A stretch of DNA of 43,192 nt from a virus (lineage: Duplodnaviria > Caudoviricetes): the IMG/VR virus record IMGVR_UViG_3300009095_000027, positions 1-43,192 of that record. One strand, given 5' to 3'. Positions within the stretch are counted from its first letter, which is position 1, and each line of letters begins with the position of its first letter. This document shows, piece by piece, positions 16,623 through 26,459 of this stretch. Under the pieces are notes generated by a model. It made no database searches. It was not told the origin of the DNA and saw only the letters and a program-made list of their open reading frames with translations. The position numbers and the translations under genes were made by a program.

Positions 16623-19600
16623 GCGGTCGCGGTCTTGGTCAACTGATCGGCGGCGCTGCGGGCTATTACTTCTTCGGCCCGCTTGGCGGCATGATCGGGT
16701 CGATCATTGGTAATGCCATTGATCCGCCCAGAGGTCCGACGATTCATGGCCCGCGTCTTAATGACCTGTCAGTCCAGACGAGCACTTATGGTGCTGCGAT
16801 TCCGCGCGTGTATGGCACGATTGCTGTGCATGGGAACGTGTTCTGGCTGGAGAACAACCAGCTTAAAGAGGTCGTCAAAAAATCGAAGGAAGGCGGCAAA
16901 GGCGGCGGTCCTGTCTCTAAAGTTTACACTTATACCTATTACGCGACCTTTGCCGTCGGCTTGTGCAAAGGACCGATCCAAGGCGTGCGTCGAATCTGGG
17001 TCGGCCCGAAACTGATCTATGACGCCGGCTCCGATGATCTTGACTCGATCGTCGCCAGCAATCAATCGGCGAAGGGCTTTTGCATCTACTACGGCACGGA
17101 CGATCAATTGCCGGATGCTCGTATACAGGCGGATCGTGGGGTAGACAATACGCCCGCATATCGTGGGCTGGCCTACATCGTTTTTTACGACCTGCCCTTG
17201 GCGGATTTTGGAAATGCGCTCCCTGCCGCTCAGATCAAAGTTGAGGTATCTGCTGATGCAGAGCCGCCGTCTGATTGCCCAACCATCCGGACGCTTGCGC
17301 AAACCCTCCCGCTGATGGACCTGGGGTCTATCAACAGCGAACACGTCATTAGCGTGGCGCACGATAATGGGACGCTGCTTACCGGCCGGCTTGAAAATAA
17401 CAGCGTTCGTGTAGAACGTCGCAAATTGGACGGGACTCTCATCGGTCTCGATAAGATCATGCCCGTTGGTCCGGCAGAGACGGTGCGGCCGCCCGCGAGG
17501 AACTGGCCGTATTCATATTTCGCCTATCGGGGGAATAGAAACTGCGTTGTTTATAACAACGGCGTCCGTTGCAATCTTGAGGGTAGGGGATACGGGCGAG
17601 AAATTATCCAAGTCGGTGACACGACTTATGCTTTCTATGGTGGATACATTCGTGCGATTCGGCTCATGCCTGACTTTGATACGGGGGAGACTGGCGCTGC
17701 TGTCGTCGCGGAATATGGCCCCGGTGGTGAGGTTGATAGGCACGCAGGCCTTTCCACAGATGGAGAGGTGATCTATGCATGGATTGCCCATAATGATTAC
17801 AACGCGCTGATTGAGCTTGATCTTGAGCTAAATGAGATCATGCGCTGGCCCAGCTTCAATGGCCCGCCTAACTTCTCGTGGATGCCTTGGCCTATCGGAC
17901 GCCGCATCCTCTACGGTGGGACAGACACTGGAGACGTGGCGCAGCAAGTGCTGATACTGAATGATGACGGCACGATTACAAAAACGTGCTTAGGCTCGAC
18001 AAGCGGGAACCATAGCGCTGTCCGCCCCGATGGGCTAAACATTTGGTACGGCTACAACAAGGTTTTTATCCCGGCCGGCACGCCTCATGTTGTCGGCGAA
18101 ACAGAGTTGTTGTCTGACATCGTTGCGGCTGAGTGCTTGCTGTCTGAGGTTCTGGAGCCGTCCGATATTGACGCATCAAGCCTGACCGATGAGGTCGAGG
18201 GCTACATGGTGGCAAACCCCGGCGCAATCCGTGGTGGCATCGACCCGCTGCAAGCGGCGTGGCCGTTTGACATTATTCAAAGCGGGTATAAGGTCGCGTT
18301 TCGTCGTCGTGGCGGCTCTCCTGTGCTCACGATCACGGCGGACGAACTAGGCGCGCGCCCTGCTGGCACGTCGTTTGATCGTCGACTTGTTGAGCAAAGG
18401 GAAATGGCATTGCAACTGCCTAGTGCAGTGCATATGACCTACCTTGATCGTCAGCGCGAATACGATGTCGGCGAGCAGCGAGCAGAACGGTTCCGTGACA
18501 GTCATCCGAACCAGCACAACCTAGAATTGCCGATCGTCATGACGGCGGATGGTGCCGCTCAAAAGGCCGAAGTATTGCTGCATCTGTGGTGGCTGGAGCG
18601 CACTGATCTGGAGTTCGAGCTGTCGCCGGAATATCTGGCCCTTGAGCCTGCCGACGTCATCAAGGTGGTCGGCGATTGGGGCGAATATGAATTACGCTTG
18701 ACCGAGATCCACTACCAGTCAGACGGCGTGCAGAAGTGCCGTGCCAAGTTTCACTCGGCCAGTGTTTACATGTCTGACGCGAAGGGTGACGCAGGTGATT
18801 CCCCTGAGCAGGTCATCGGGCTTGAAGGCCCGAGCGATTACGTCTTGCTGGATGTTCCGGCCGTAGTCGACACAATGGATGATCCGGGATTCCTCGGTGC
18901 GATGACCGGATTTACTGATGCATGGCCTGGGGGGATTCTGTTCCGCACGCCGGATGACGGTCAGACTTGGACGGACATTCAGGCTTTCGCCGCGCCGGTC
19001 ACGATGGGGCGCGCGGAGAATGTAATCGGAACGTGGGACTTCAACGTTATCGACCCGAGTAACGTACTTGAGGTGCGTCTATTCGCGGGTGACTTGGAAA
19101 GCGTTTCCGAGCTTGCCATGCTGAACGGGGCAAATCACTTCGCGTATGGCGATGATGGGCGTTGGGAAATCATCGGCGTTATGAACTGCGAAGAAGATTC
19201 CGATGGCATTTGGCATTTGAGCGACATGCTCCGTGGCCGGTTTGGCACTGAGTGGGCCGCGAGCCTTCATCAGCCCGGCGACCGCGTTGTCCTACTGAAC
19301 GATCCAGACGTTGCGTTTATTGCGATGTCGCTGAACACGGTCGGCATTCCGTTCGGGTATCGGGGCATTACGTCTAACGCGACCATTGATTCCGACGCGA
19401 CGGAAAACTTTACCTATCGCGGCGTCAACATGAAGCCGCTTTCGCCGGTCTATCTGAACGGGGAGCGCGGCACCAATGGCGACTGGACGTTGACATGGGT
19501 TCGACGCACCCGGATCAACGGTGAATGGCGCGATAACGTCGATGTGCCCGTCGCAGAGGAAACCGAGGCGTATGAGATCGACATTCTTAGTTCTGATTGG

Positions 19601-20599
19601 AGCACGGTTATTCGGACCCTGAAATCGACTATGCCGAGCGTCACTTATACCAGCGCGCAGCAGGTGGAGGATTTTGGCAGCAATCAGTCGGAATTGAACC
19701 TGCGTATCTATCAAATGAGTGCCCGGGTTGGGCGCGGGTATCCGCTTGAGCAGACCATCGCACGTCAGCGGTTGTGGACACCGCTCAATATGGTGAATCC
19801 GCCGAAGATCTTGCTTGATTGGAATTCGAGCGTGACGAATGCGTCGGGCAATGCGAGCCAGTGGGGAGACCGTAGCGGCAATGGATACCACTATACCCAA
19901 GGCACATCTGGGCGAAGGCCGGCGATCCTTGACGGTGAGTTGAATGGCTTGCGCGTGTTGAGTTTCGATGGTGTAGATGACTCGCTCATCAACCAGGCAG
20001 CGCAGGCCGTTATGAGAAACGTCAGCGCGGGTTGGGGGTTCTCGGTTTACAAGAAGCGCACTCAAGATACTGCAGCAACTACCATCCCCAACAGGGTATT
20101 GATTCAGTTCTCCAGGGGTGACGGTACCAGCCGATATGCTATTCATGTATCGCATGCGAGCACAGGCGAATACAACAAGTCATATATTTTTGTGCGCCCG
20201 CTGGATGCTTCGGGAGACGTTGCGTTGCGCAGATCCTCCACACCGAGATTTGGCGATTGGGTCTTGGGGTATTGGGCTTGGGACGGCGCAAACGATTCAA
20301 TACAGATTATTGAGAATGGCGGAACGCCTGAGGACTTCTCATCGCTTGGCATTGCAACCACGACATCCAACACACAGTCTAATTCTGTGCCGTCAAATAT
20401 CGGCTGTAGCCAAGATAGCACCGGCACGCGATTCGCGTTTGCCGATATAGATGTTGCATGCGTGGTGGTTGGCTCTGGCTCTTTGCCGACCGAGGACGAA
20501 ATCGACAGGTTATTTGGATGGGCGGCATGGGAACTTGACCTTGTAAACGAACTTCCGATTGGCCATCCATACAAAGACAATCCGCCGTTCTTCGACTGA
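16619..20599 (+). CDS. tail tip / host-specificity protein (GTA megatron-like) with C-terminal lectin-like domain
   Basis: YGAAIPRVYG, PAYRGLAYIVF, LLRGR-like MLRGRFGTE, WVRRTR; C-terminal SQWGDRSGNG..FDGVDD. Confidence 0.88.
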   Translation: MSGRGLGQLIGGAAGYYFFGPLGGMIGSIIGNAIDPPRGPTIHGPRLNDLSVQTSTYGAAIPRVYGTIAVHGNVFWLENNQLKEVVKKSKEGGKGGGPVSKVYTYTYYATFAVGLCKGPIQGVRRIWVGPKLIYDAGSDDLDSIVASNQSAKGFCIYYGTDDQLPDARIQADRGVDNTPAYRGLAYIVFYDLPLADFGNALPAAQIKVEVSADAEPPSDCPTIRTLAQTLPLMDLGSINSEHVISVAHDNGTLLTGRLENNSVRVERRKLDGTLIGLDKIMPVGPAETVRPPARNWPYSYFAYRGNRNCVVYNNGVRCNLEGRGYGREIIQVGDTTYAFYGGYIRAIRLMPDFDTGETGAAVVAEYGPGGEVDRHAGLSTDGEVIYAWIAHNDYNALIELDLELNEIMRWPSFNGPPNFSWMPWPIGRRILYGGTDTGDVAQQVLILNDDGTITKTCLGSTSGNHSAVRPDGLNIWYGYNKVFIPAGTPHVVGETELLSDIVAAECLLSEVLEPSDIDASSLTDEVEGYMVANPGAIRGGIDPLQAAWPFDIIQSGYKVAFRRRGGSPVLTITADELGARPAGTSFDRRLVEQREMALQLPSAVHMTYLDRQREYDVGEQRAERFRDSHPNQHNLELPIVMTADGAAQKAEVLLHLWWLERTDLEFELSPEYLALEPADVIKVVGDWGEYELRLTEIHYQSDGVQKCRAKFHSASVYMSDAKGDAGDSPEQVIGLEGPSDYVLLDVPAVVDTMDDPGFLGAMTGFTDAWPGGILFRTPDDGQTWTDIQAFAAPVTMGRAENVIGTWDFNVIDPSNVLEVRLFAGDLESVSELAMLNGANHFAYGDDGRWEIIGVMNCEEDSDGIWHLSDMLRGRFGTEWAASLHQPGDRVVLLNDPDVAFIAMSLNTVGIPFGYRGITSNATIDSDATENFTYRGVNMKPLSPVYLNGERGTNGDWTLTWVRRTRINGEWRDNVDVPVAEETEAYEIDILSSDWSTVIRTLKSTMPSVTYTSAQQVEDFGSNQSELNLRIYQMSARVGRGYPLEQTIARQRLWTPLNMVNPPKILLDWNSSVTNASGNASQWGDRSGNGYHYTQGTSGRRPAILDGELNGLRVLSFDGVDDSLINQAAQAVMRNVSAGWGFSVYKKRTQDTAATTIPNRVLIQFSRGDGTSRYAIHVSHASTGEYNKSYIFVRPLDASGDVALRRSSTPRFGDWVLGYWAWDGANDSIQIIENGGTPEDFSSLGIATTTSNTQSNSVPSNIGCSQDSTGTRFAFADIDVACVVVGSGSLPTEDEIDRLFGWAAWELDLVNELPIGHPYKDNPPFFD

Positions 20600-20606
20600 G
20601 AGTGAT

Positions 20607-21911
20607 ATGGCAAACAGCACATCGAACATCGACCTGATTCAGCAGAACCAGTCCGGGAAAGAGGTTACGGCTAATGCGTTCTTCAATGCAGCGTCCCAGG
20701 CCGCGACGTATGGCCGCAGAGCAAGCGCGTCCTCCGGGCTGACGTGGGCGTATTACGGCGGGAATGTTCGCCTATCGAGCGGCGCAACTGCGCAAATCGC
20801 GAACGGTTCGGTGACGCTTACCGCGTCGAGCACGAACTACATCGTTGCGGACAAGTCATCGGGCGCTGTCAGCGTCGGCGTTGACGATACCAATTGGAAC
20901 GACGAGGAAAACTACTGGCGTCTGTATTCCGTTGTGGTTGGCGAATCAACCGTCACAAGTTGGACAGACGCCAGAATCCTCGGGGAGTTCGGAGGCGGCG
21001 GGGGTGGAGGCGCGGTCAGCAGCGTCAACGGCCAGACGGGCGCCGTGGTATTAGACGCCGAAGATGTCGGCGCGGTTGCTTCCCTCGTACCCGGGTCTGG
21101 CATCACCGTGGACGCCTCAGACCCGCAGAACCCGATTGTTAGTGCGACCGGCGGCGGTGGAGGCCGCGAGGTTCTAACTGCGAATCGCACCTACTACGTG
21201 CGTGCAGATGGCGACGACAATAACGATGGATTGAGCAATACGGCGGGTGGGGCGTTCCGTACGATACAACGCGCAATAGACGTTTCAGCTGCGCTCGACA
21301 CATCAATCTACAATGTGACGATCAGCGTCGGTTCTGGCACCTACACTGAACCGCTAGTGCTCAAAGACCCGGTTGGCGCCGGGAGCGTGACTTTGACCGG
21401 AACGGCGGCGGTCGTGCATACCACCTCAGCGACGGCCATTACAGCGACGGCGTCACACAGATTCATTCTCGGTCCAGGTATTAAGCTGCAAACGACAACT
21501 AGCGGGAACGGAATCACCTCGACCGGGAGCACGATATTCCTCGATAGCGTTGAGTTTGGCCCGTGCGTGGGGGCGCATCTATTCGCTAACGCGGGATCGT
21601 ATGTGCAAATCCGGCAAAACTACACCATATCCGGCGGCGCTTCTGACCATGTGCAATGCGCAAACAGCTATGTCCAGTATTTGAGCGGGCTGACCGTCAC
21701 GCTGACAGGCGCGCCAGCGTTTACCGGCGCGTTCGCACGCGCGATCCGCGTCGGCGTCTTTGCCGCCCCAAATGCAACTTTCACTGGAACGGCGACCGGA
21801 ACCCGGTACATATTGACGACAAACTCGGTGATTGATACCGCTGGCGGTGGCGCTTCTTATCTGCCTGGGAGCGCGTCGGGATCGGCAGCGACGGGAGGAC
21901 AATATGTCTGA
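20607..21911 (+). CDS. tail fibre/spike protein
   Basis: Gly hinges, VSSVNGQTGAV, RTYYVRADGDDNNDGL..AFRTIQRAID start of a beta-helix domain. Confidence 0.8.
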   Translation: MANSTSNIDLIQQNQSGKEVTANAFFNAASQAATYGRRASASSGLTWAYYGGNVRLSSGATAQIANGSVTLTASSTNYIVADKSSGAVSVGVDDTNWNDEENYWRLYSVVVGESTVTSWTDARILGEFGGGGGGGAVSSVNGQTGAVVLDAEDVGAVASLVPGSGITVDASDPQNPIVSATGGGGGREVLTANRTYYVRADGDDNNDGLSNTAGGAFRTIQRAIDVSAALDTSIYNVTISVGSGTYTEPLVLKDPVGAGSVTLTGTAAVVHTTSATAITATASHRFILGPGIKLQTTTSGNGITSTGSTIFLDSVEFGPCVGAHLFANAGSYVQIRQNYTISGGASDHVQCANSYVQYLSGLTVTLTGAPAFTGAFARAIRVGVFAAPNATFTGTATGTRYILTTNSVIDTAGGGASYLPGSASGSAATGGQYV

Positions 21912-22446
21912 TTACCGACCTCATGATTGGTACTGGATCATCGGCGGCGACGATTCCCGCTATTGGTCGAGCGCGTCGGTATCCTACGTGACCGAATTAC
22001 CGCCCGATGCAGGTGTAACCCGCATCGCCTCTGAGCAAGAGCTGTGTGATGTGCTTGAGGCGGCAGGCTGTGGCGACCGTGCCCCGTGGTCGTTCGAGCA
22101 GCGCAAGGCGCGGAAGCTCGCCGAGATCAACGCCGCGTACAAAGCTGCCATGCTCCCGATCACATCGACCTATCCGAGCGAAGAGCGCGACTCCTGGGCG
22201 AAGCAGGAGAAAGAAGCGCGCGCTTATCTCGCCGACTCAAATGCGCCGACGCCGTTCATCGACTACATGCTGCAAGAGCGGCCCGTAGAAGGCGGCAAGG
22301 CCGAGCTCGTCAATCGCATCATGGCGAAGGTCGAGGCGTATGAACAGTATGTTGGAGTCCATACCGGCATCAGGCACCGGCTAGAGGACCAGCTTGAGAC
22401 AGCTCAAACGGAGGATGACTTAGCCCTTATTGTTTGGCCGGCGTAA
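21904..22446 (+). CDS. tail fibre assembly/chaperone-like protein
   Basis: YPSEERDSWAKQEKEARAY..TPFID; follows fibre gene. Confidence 0.7.
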   Translation: MSDYRPHDWYWIIGGDDSRYWSSASVSYVTELPPDAGVTRIASEQELCDVLEAAGCGDRAPWSFEQRKARKLAEINAAYKAAMLPITSTYPSEERDSWAKQEKEARAYLADSNAPTPFIDYMLQERPVEGGKAELVNRIMAKVEAYEQYVGVHTGIRHRLEDQLETAQTEDDLALIVWPA

Positions 22447-22465
22447 GTTCGGTCGGTATCAACGC

Positions 22466-22495
22466 AAGCCGTCCTTCGGGGCGGCTTTTTTATTT
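22466..22495 (+). terminator. intrinsic terminator
   Basis: AAGCCGTCC-TTCG-GGGCGGCTT plus T-run. Confidence 0.75.
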
Positions 22496-22507
22496 CCAGG
22501 ATTCGCT

Positions 22508-22717
22508 ATGAGTGACCAGCTACAGAGAGACGTGGGGCGACACGACGCCGAGATTGCGGCATTGAAGGACGATATGGCTGAGGTAAAGTCGGACGTGAAA
22601 CAAGTCTTGTCAACGCTTTCTGAGGCGAAGGGCGGGTGGAAAACGCTGATGCTGGTTGCGGGTGCCGCCGGTTCTGTTGGCGCGTTTATTGGCAAATTCT
22701 TTCCGTTCTTGAAATGA
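22508..22717 (+). CDS. small coiled-coil plus single TM protein (holin/antiholin-like)
   Basis: heptad N-terminus, hydrophobic C-terminal LMLVAGAAGSVGAFIG. Confidence 0.6.
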   Translation: MSDQLQRDVGRHDAEIAALKDDMAEVKSDVKQVLSTLSEAKGGWKTLMLVAGAAGSVGAFIGKFFPFLK

Positions 22718-23025
22718 AGCGCCCAGCATCTCTCCGCATAGTAGGGAAGAGGGTGCGCGTTGAGTACAAGCCAGATTTCCCCGATTACGGCGAGTCTTTC
22801 TTTGTAGAGCAGCGCATCACGATTCGGGACGGCCTTCCGCTCAACAACGAGCAAGACACGCTCTTGCACGAAGCTATCCATTTCTTAGAGGACGCGGCCA
22901 ACCTTGAGTTGAGTGAGAAGCAAGTCACCGTCCTCGCAACGATGCTGCTTGGGTTCTTTCACGATAACCCGAGCTTTGCGCGGTATCTCTTACGGCGGGA
23001 AAAGGGCGATCCGAATGCGCGTTAA
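22714..23025 (+). CDS. small HEXXH zincin-like protein
   Basis: EQDTLLHEAIH motif and LSEKQV; ATGA coupling with upstream gene. Confidence 0.7.
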   Translation: MKRPASLRIVGKRVRVEYKPDFPDYGESFFVEQRITIRDGLPLNNEQDTLLHEAIHFLEDAANLELSEKQVTVLATMLLGFFHDNPSFARYLLRREKGDPNAR

Positions 23026-23920
23026 AGTTTCTGACGCAGTGGTGGTTGAAACGCTTAAGCGGTTTAACGGTAATAAGACGCAAGCAGCGAGCGCGCTCGG
23101 ATTAAACCTGCGTTCCTTTATTCGCAGGGTGCAGGGTCTGGAGCAGCGCGGCTTAGTCGTGACGGGGGAGGGGAAGCCGAGGGCGGAATACACGCTGCCC
23201 GATGGTGAAATCATTGTTTTCTCGGATGCTCACTTTTACCCCGGCGTTGATACCCCTGCTTTTATCGGTCTGCTTCAAGTCATCGAGAAGCTAAAGCCCA
23301 AAGCGGTCATCTGTAACGGTGATGCGTTTGATGGGGCTTCTATTTCTCGCCATCCGCGTATCGGTTGGGACAAGGCTCCTACGGTTAAACAGGAGCTAGA
23401 GGCGGTCCAGGATTCACTTCATCGAATCCAGCAAGCGGCTGGGGGTGCCAAACTGTTCTGGCCGCTAGGGAACCATGATGCGCGGTTTGAGACTCGCTTG
23501 GCTGCGCAGGCCCCCGAATATGAGGGCGTGTTCGGCTTCTCTTTAAAGGATCATTTCCCGGCGTGGATCCCTTGCTGGTCGGTGATGGTGAACAACAACA
23601 CCATGATTAAACACCGCTGGCATAACGGCGTGCACGCGGCTTACAACAACGTCCTAAAGGCTGGCGTCTCCATCGTTACGGGGCACCTGCACAGCCTCAA
23701 GGTCACGCCCTACACGGACTACACGGGCGACCGTTACGGCGTGGATACGGGAACGCTTGCAGACCCGACCGGCCCACAATTCCTCTATGTCGAAGATAAC
23801 CCGCTCAACTGGCGCGCGGGCTTTGTCGTGCTGACGTTCCGGGACGGGAAGTTGATGCCGCCCGAACTGGCGCAGGTGGTGGATGAGCAACTGTATTTCC
23901 GAGGTGAGTTCTATGACTGA
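23015..23920 (+). CDS. calcineurin-like metallophosphoesterase with N-terminal Fis-like HTH
   Basis: SDAH, NGDAFD, GNHD, KH, GHLH motifs; N-terminal GNKTQAASALGL. Confidence 0.88.
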   Translation: MRVKVSDAVVVETLKRFNGNKTQAASALGLNLRSFIRRVQGLEQRGLVVTGEGKPRAEYTLPDGEIIVFSDAHFYPGVDTPAFIGLLQVIEKLKPKAVICNGDAFDGASISRHPRIGWDKAPTVKQELEAVQDSLHRIQQAAGGAKLFWPLGNHDARFETRLAAQAPEYEGVFGFSLKDHFPAWIPCWSVMVNNNTMIKHRWHNGVHAAYNNVLKAGVSIVTGHLHSLKVTPYTDYTGDRYGVDTGTLADPTGPQFLYVEDNPLNWRAGFVVLTFRDGKLMPPELAQVVDEQLYFRGEFYD

Positions 23921-24134
23921 CCAAAACGCAGCAGAACACCTAGTGTTTCTCACGAACCTCATGCCTCGTCTACAAGCGGCGTATGCGGCTAGTGACTGGC
24001 AAACAATCCTGGAGCTATCAGTCTATGCCCGCGAATATGCGGAAAACCTTAAACGGCACGCAGCGCACAAGCTACAGCCGATTCCCGCAGTAGAGCGGCC
24101 AATGGTCGCAGCGTATTTCCCCGGTCAGTACTGA
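23913..24134 (+). CDS. hypothetical protein
   Basis: GAGGTG RBS; overlaps upstream stop. Confidence 0.55.
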   Translation: MTDQNAAEHLVFLTNLMPRLQAAYAASDWQTILELSVYAREYAENLKRHAAHKLQPIPAVERPMVAAYFPGQY

Positions 24135-24156
24135 CCATTTAACCCCGGAGGTTGTT

Positions 24157-24489
24157 ATGTCTCGCTTCTGGCAAGTGGTGTATTCGCTCATCCCTACAAT
24201 CCGTGCATTTTTTGCAACGGTTGTTGATCGCGTTTTGATGGCGATGAAAAAGCCTGCCGCTAAGGTGGTGCTCGCTGTTGTCGCTGCGCTCTTCGTCATC
24301 GCCTTTCTTACGCAGGGAGCTATGGCGTTTACGGAGCATAAAGACGGCTCGGTTACGTTCACGGCATCGGAGATGAACGAACTTCGGTCCATGCATCAGT
24401 TCATGGTGAACGCCCTTGAATTCCAGCACCAGGAAATCCAGCGGCTTGAGGGCCAACTAAAGGCCGAGAAGGACAAGCGCTGCCTATGA
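24157..24489 (+). CDS. membrane protein with C-terminal coiled coil
   Basis: GGAGGT RBS; TM segment VVLAVVAALFVIAFL; coupled to endolysin. Confidence 0.6.
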   Translation: MSRFWQVVYSLIPTIRAFFATVVDRVLMAMKKPAAKVVLAVVAALFVIAFLTQGAMAFTEHKDGSVTFTASEMNELRSMHQFMVNALEFQHQEIQRLEGQLKAEKDKRCL

Positions 24490-25028
24490 GCTTCGACCTT
24501 GCCTTTGCCCGCGTCCTAGGGATTGAGGGCGATTTCAGCAACGATCCTGCTGACTCTGGCGGCTCTACCCGGTACGGCATTACGGAGCACGTCGCCCGCT
24601 CGTTTGGCTACAAGGGCGATATGCGGGACCTGCCTTTAGAGACGGCCAAGCAAATCTACAGACGCTGGTATTGGGATTATTTGTCTTTGGACGCCGTGTC
24701 CCACCTGTCCTACGCCATCGCAGAGGAACTATTTGATAGCGCCGTCAACTGCGGGCAAGGTGTCGCGGGAACATGGCTACAGCGCGCTCTAAACGTGCTC
24801 AACCGTCAGGGTAGGGATTACGCCGATCTCGCGGTGGACGGTGTTGTCGGCCCGCGCACTGTAGAGGCTCTAGGGGCTTATCTGGCCCACCGCAAACAGC
24901 ATGGTGAGAAGGTGCTTCTGCGTGCCCTGAATGCGCTACAAGGCGAGCACTACATCAGCCTGGCCGAGAAGCGCGTCAAAGATGAGGCGTTCGTTTACGG
25001 CTGGCTCTTAAACAGGATAGAGATATGA
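24486..25028 (+). CDS. endolysin, glycoside hydrolase family 108 with peptidoglycan-binding domain
   Basis: EGDFSNDPADSGGSTRYGIT, FDSAVNCG, LQRALN, VDGVVGPRT, FVYGW. Confidence 0.93.
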   Translation: MSFDLAFARVLGIEGDFSNDPADSGGSTRYGITEHVARSFGYKGDMRDLPLETAKQIYRRWYWDYLSLDAVSHLSYAIAEELFDSAVNCGQGVAGTWLQRALNVLNRQGRDYADLAVDGVVGPRTVEALGAYLAHRKQHGEKVLLRALNALQGEHYISLAEKRVKDEAFVYGWLLNRIEI

Positions 25029-25225
25029 GCAGCGACGTTAAATGCTGGTGGAAGTCGAAAACCATCATCCTCAACACCGTAGCGGCTGGCCTGGTGGCCT
25101 TAGAAGCAGGAACCGGCATGCTCCAGCCCTATCTGCCCGTCAACATCTACACCGCCGTCGCTGTCGGCCTGCCGATCCTAAACGCGATGCTGCGGGTTAT
25201 CACGTCTCAGCCGATCCGTGCTTAG
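25025..25225 (+). CDS. holin
   Basis: 66 aa, two hydrophobic segments, WWKSKT start and LRVITSQP end; between endolysin and spanin. Confidence 0.75.
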   Translation: MSSDVKCWWKSKTIILNTVAAGLVALEAGTGMLQPYLPVNIYTAVAVGLPILNAMLRVITSQPIRA

Positions 25226-25658
25226 CATCCCCAAATGGGCCTATGCGCTCGCCCTAGCCGTTGTTGTGGCGGGGATATGGGGGCATGGGTACAGAATGGC
25301 CTCTAAGGCTGGTCAGGAGCGCCTAGAAGCGTTTAAAAACGAAGTGGCGGCCAAAGCAGCAAGGGCCGAGCAGGAGGCCGCACAACGCGTTATAGAGCAG
25401 CAGAGAATCACACAGGAAACAACCGATGCTTACCAGAGCCGCCTTGATCGCCTTAACGCTGAGCTTAAGCGCCTGCGCAACTCAGTCCGTCCCGATGGCA
25501 GTAGAGTGCCCACCGTTCCCCAAGCCTCCGAAAGCCCTGATGACGCCCCCGGAGAATGCGTACCTCTTGGAGAGTACCAAGCCCTAGAGGAGCGCTCCGC
25601 AAGGGATGCGCTGAAGCTGCAAGAGCTGCAGAAGTGGGCGCAGGAGCAGGCAGGGTAG
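25218..25658 (+). CDS. Rz: i-spanin (Rz-like)
   Basis: N-terminal TM, coiled coil, LQELQKW end. Confidence 0.8.
   Translation: MLSIPKWAYALALAVVVAGIWGHGYRMASKAGQERLEAFKNEVAAKAARAEQEAAQRVIEQQRITQETTDAYQSRLDRLNAELKRLRNSVRPDGSRVPTVPQASESPDDAPGECVPLGEYQALEERSARDALKLQELQKWAQEQAG
25426..25587 (+). CDS. Rz1: o-spanin lipoprotein embedded in Rz, +1 frame (53 aa, not in ORF track)
   Basis: MLTRAALIALTLSLSAC lipobox followed by Pro-rich ECPPFPKPPKALMTPP. Confidence 0.85.
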   Translation: MLTRAALIALTLSLSACATQSVPMAVECPPFPKPPKALMTPPENAYLLESTKP

Positions 25659-25694
25659 TAGATTGCTACTCGTTTTGAGCTTCATGCACCATTT

Positions 25695-25946
25695 CTAGGT
25701 CGTCGTGATCGGTGGCGCATCCTCTCCGCGCACCCAATGCTGCCAGCAGTGCCACAGCACAGGGTCCATGCGCCGGTTACTCTCTGTAGCGGACTCGATT
25801 CGTTGCCACCATGACAGACTGCGGCCTAGAACGGCGGCCGCCTCTGTCTGTGTGAGGTTAAGCGCCTCGCGTGCTGCGCGGATTTGTGCGGGGGTGGGAT
25901 TGCGGGCCGGTGATTTGGCCCGGCTGCGGTTGGGGTGGTTTGCCAT
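25695..25946 (-). CDS. XRE-family HTH protein, last gene of the accessory operon
   Basis: IRAAREALNLTQTEAAAVLGRSLSWWQRIE. Confidence 0.85.
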   Translation of the reverse strand: MANHPNRSRAKSPARNPTPAQIRAAREALNLTQTEAAAVLGRSLSWWQRIESATESNRRMDPVLWHCWQHWVRGEDAPPITTT

Positions 25947-26459
25947 CTATGCGGTCTCAGGCTCCCACGCTTCGGAAAAGTCATCTTCCTCAAAAAGCTC
26001 CGCCAAGCCACTGACCTGCTTGAGACGTAGAACCTCGTCGGCGTCCATGCCAAGCTCTTTGGCAATCTTCGCATCGCTCCAATTGCGGCGAGAGAGTTCG
26101 ACCACAATATCGGACATGCTCGCGATCTTATGCTTACCCCTGGCTCGATTGTGACGGATCGTAGATGCGATGCGATCATTGCGATCCGTGCTCTCTTGAT
26201 TCACCACCACCACAGGCAGGTGTGAAAGCCCAATTTCTTTGCCCACCAGGTGGCGGTGGAACCCGTCCACGACCTCATACACACCATCCTCGCGCAGCCA
26301 TGTCACTATCGGTTGGGTGTATCCGTCGGCCTCGATACTGCGGCGTAACAGGTCCATTTCTGGTTTTGCTACGGAGTTAGGGTTGTAGTCGTTTGCCTCC
26401 ACCTTATCGGTGGACACCCACTGCACATTGCTAACCGGGTGCTTTTTAGTCCATTCCAT
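25947..26459 (-). CDS. ibrB: ParB/Srx-like protein (IbrB/YbdM-like)
   Basis: ANDYNPN, GYTQPIV, VVDGFHR, STIRHNRARG, ELGMDADEVLRL. Confidence 0.88.
   Translation of the reverse strand: MEWTKKHPVSNVQWVSTDKVEANDYNPNSVAKPEMDLLRRSIEADGYTQPIVTWLREDGVYEVVDGFHRHLVGKEIGLSHLPVVVVNQESTDRNDRIASTIRHNRARGKHKIASMSDIVVELSRRNWSDAKIAKELGMDADEVLRLKQVSGLAELFEEDDFSEAWEPETA

Noticed and set aside
16619-21911. Diversity-generating retroelement or invertible tail-fibre system
   Set aside because: No reverse transcriptase, invertase or TR/VR-like repeat pair was seen.
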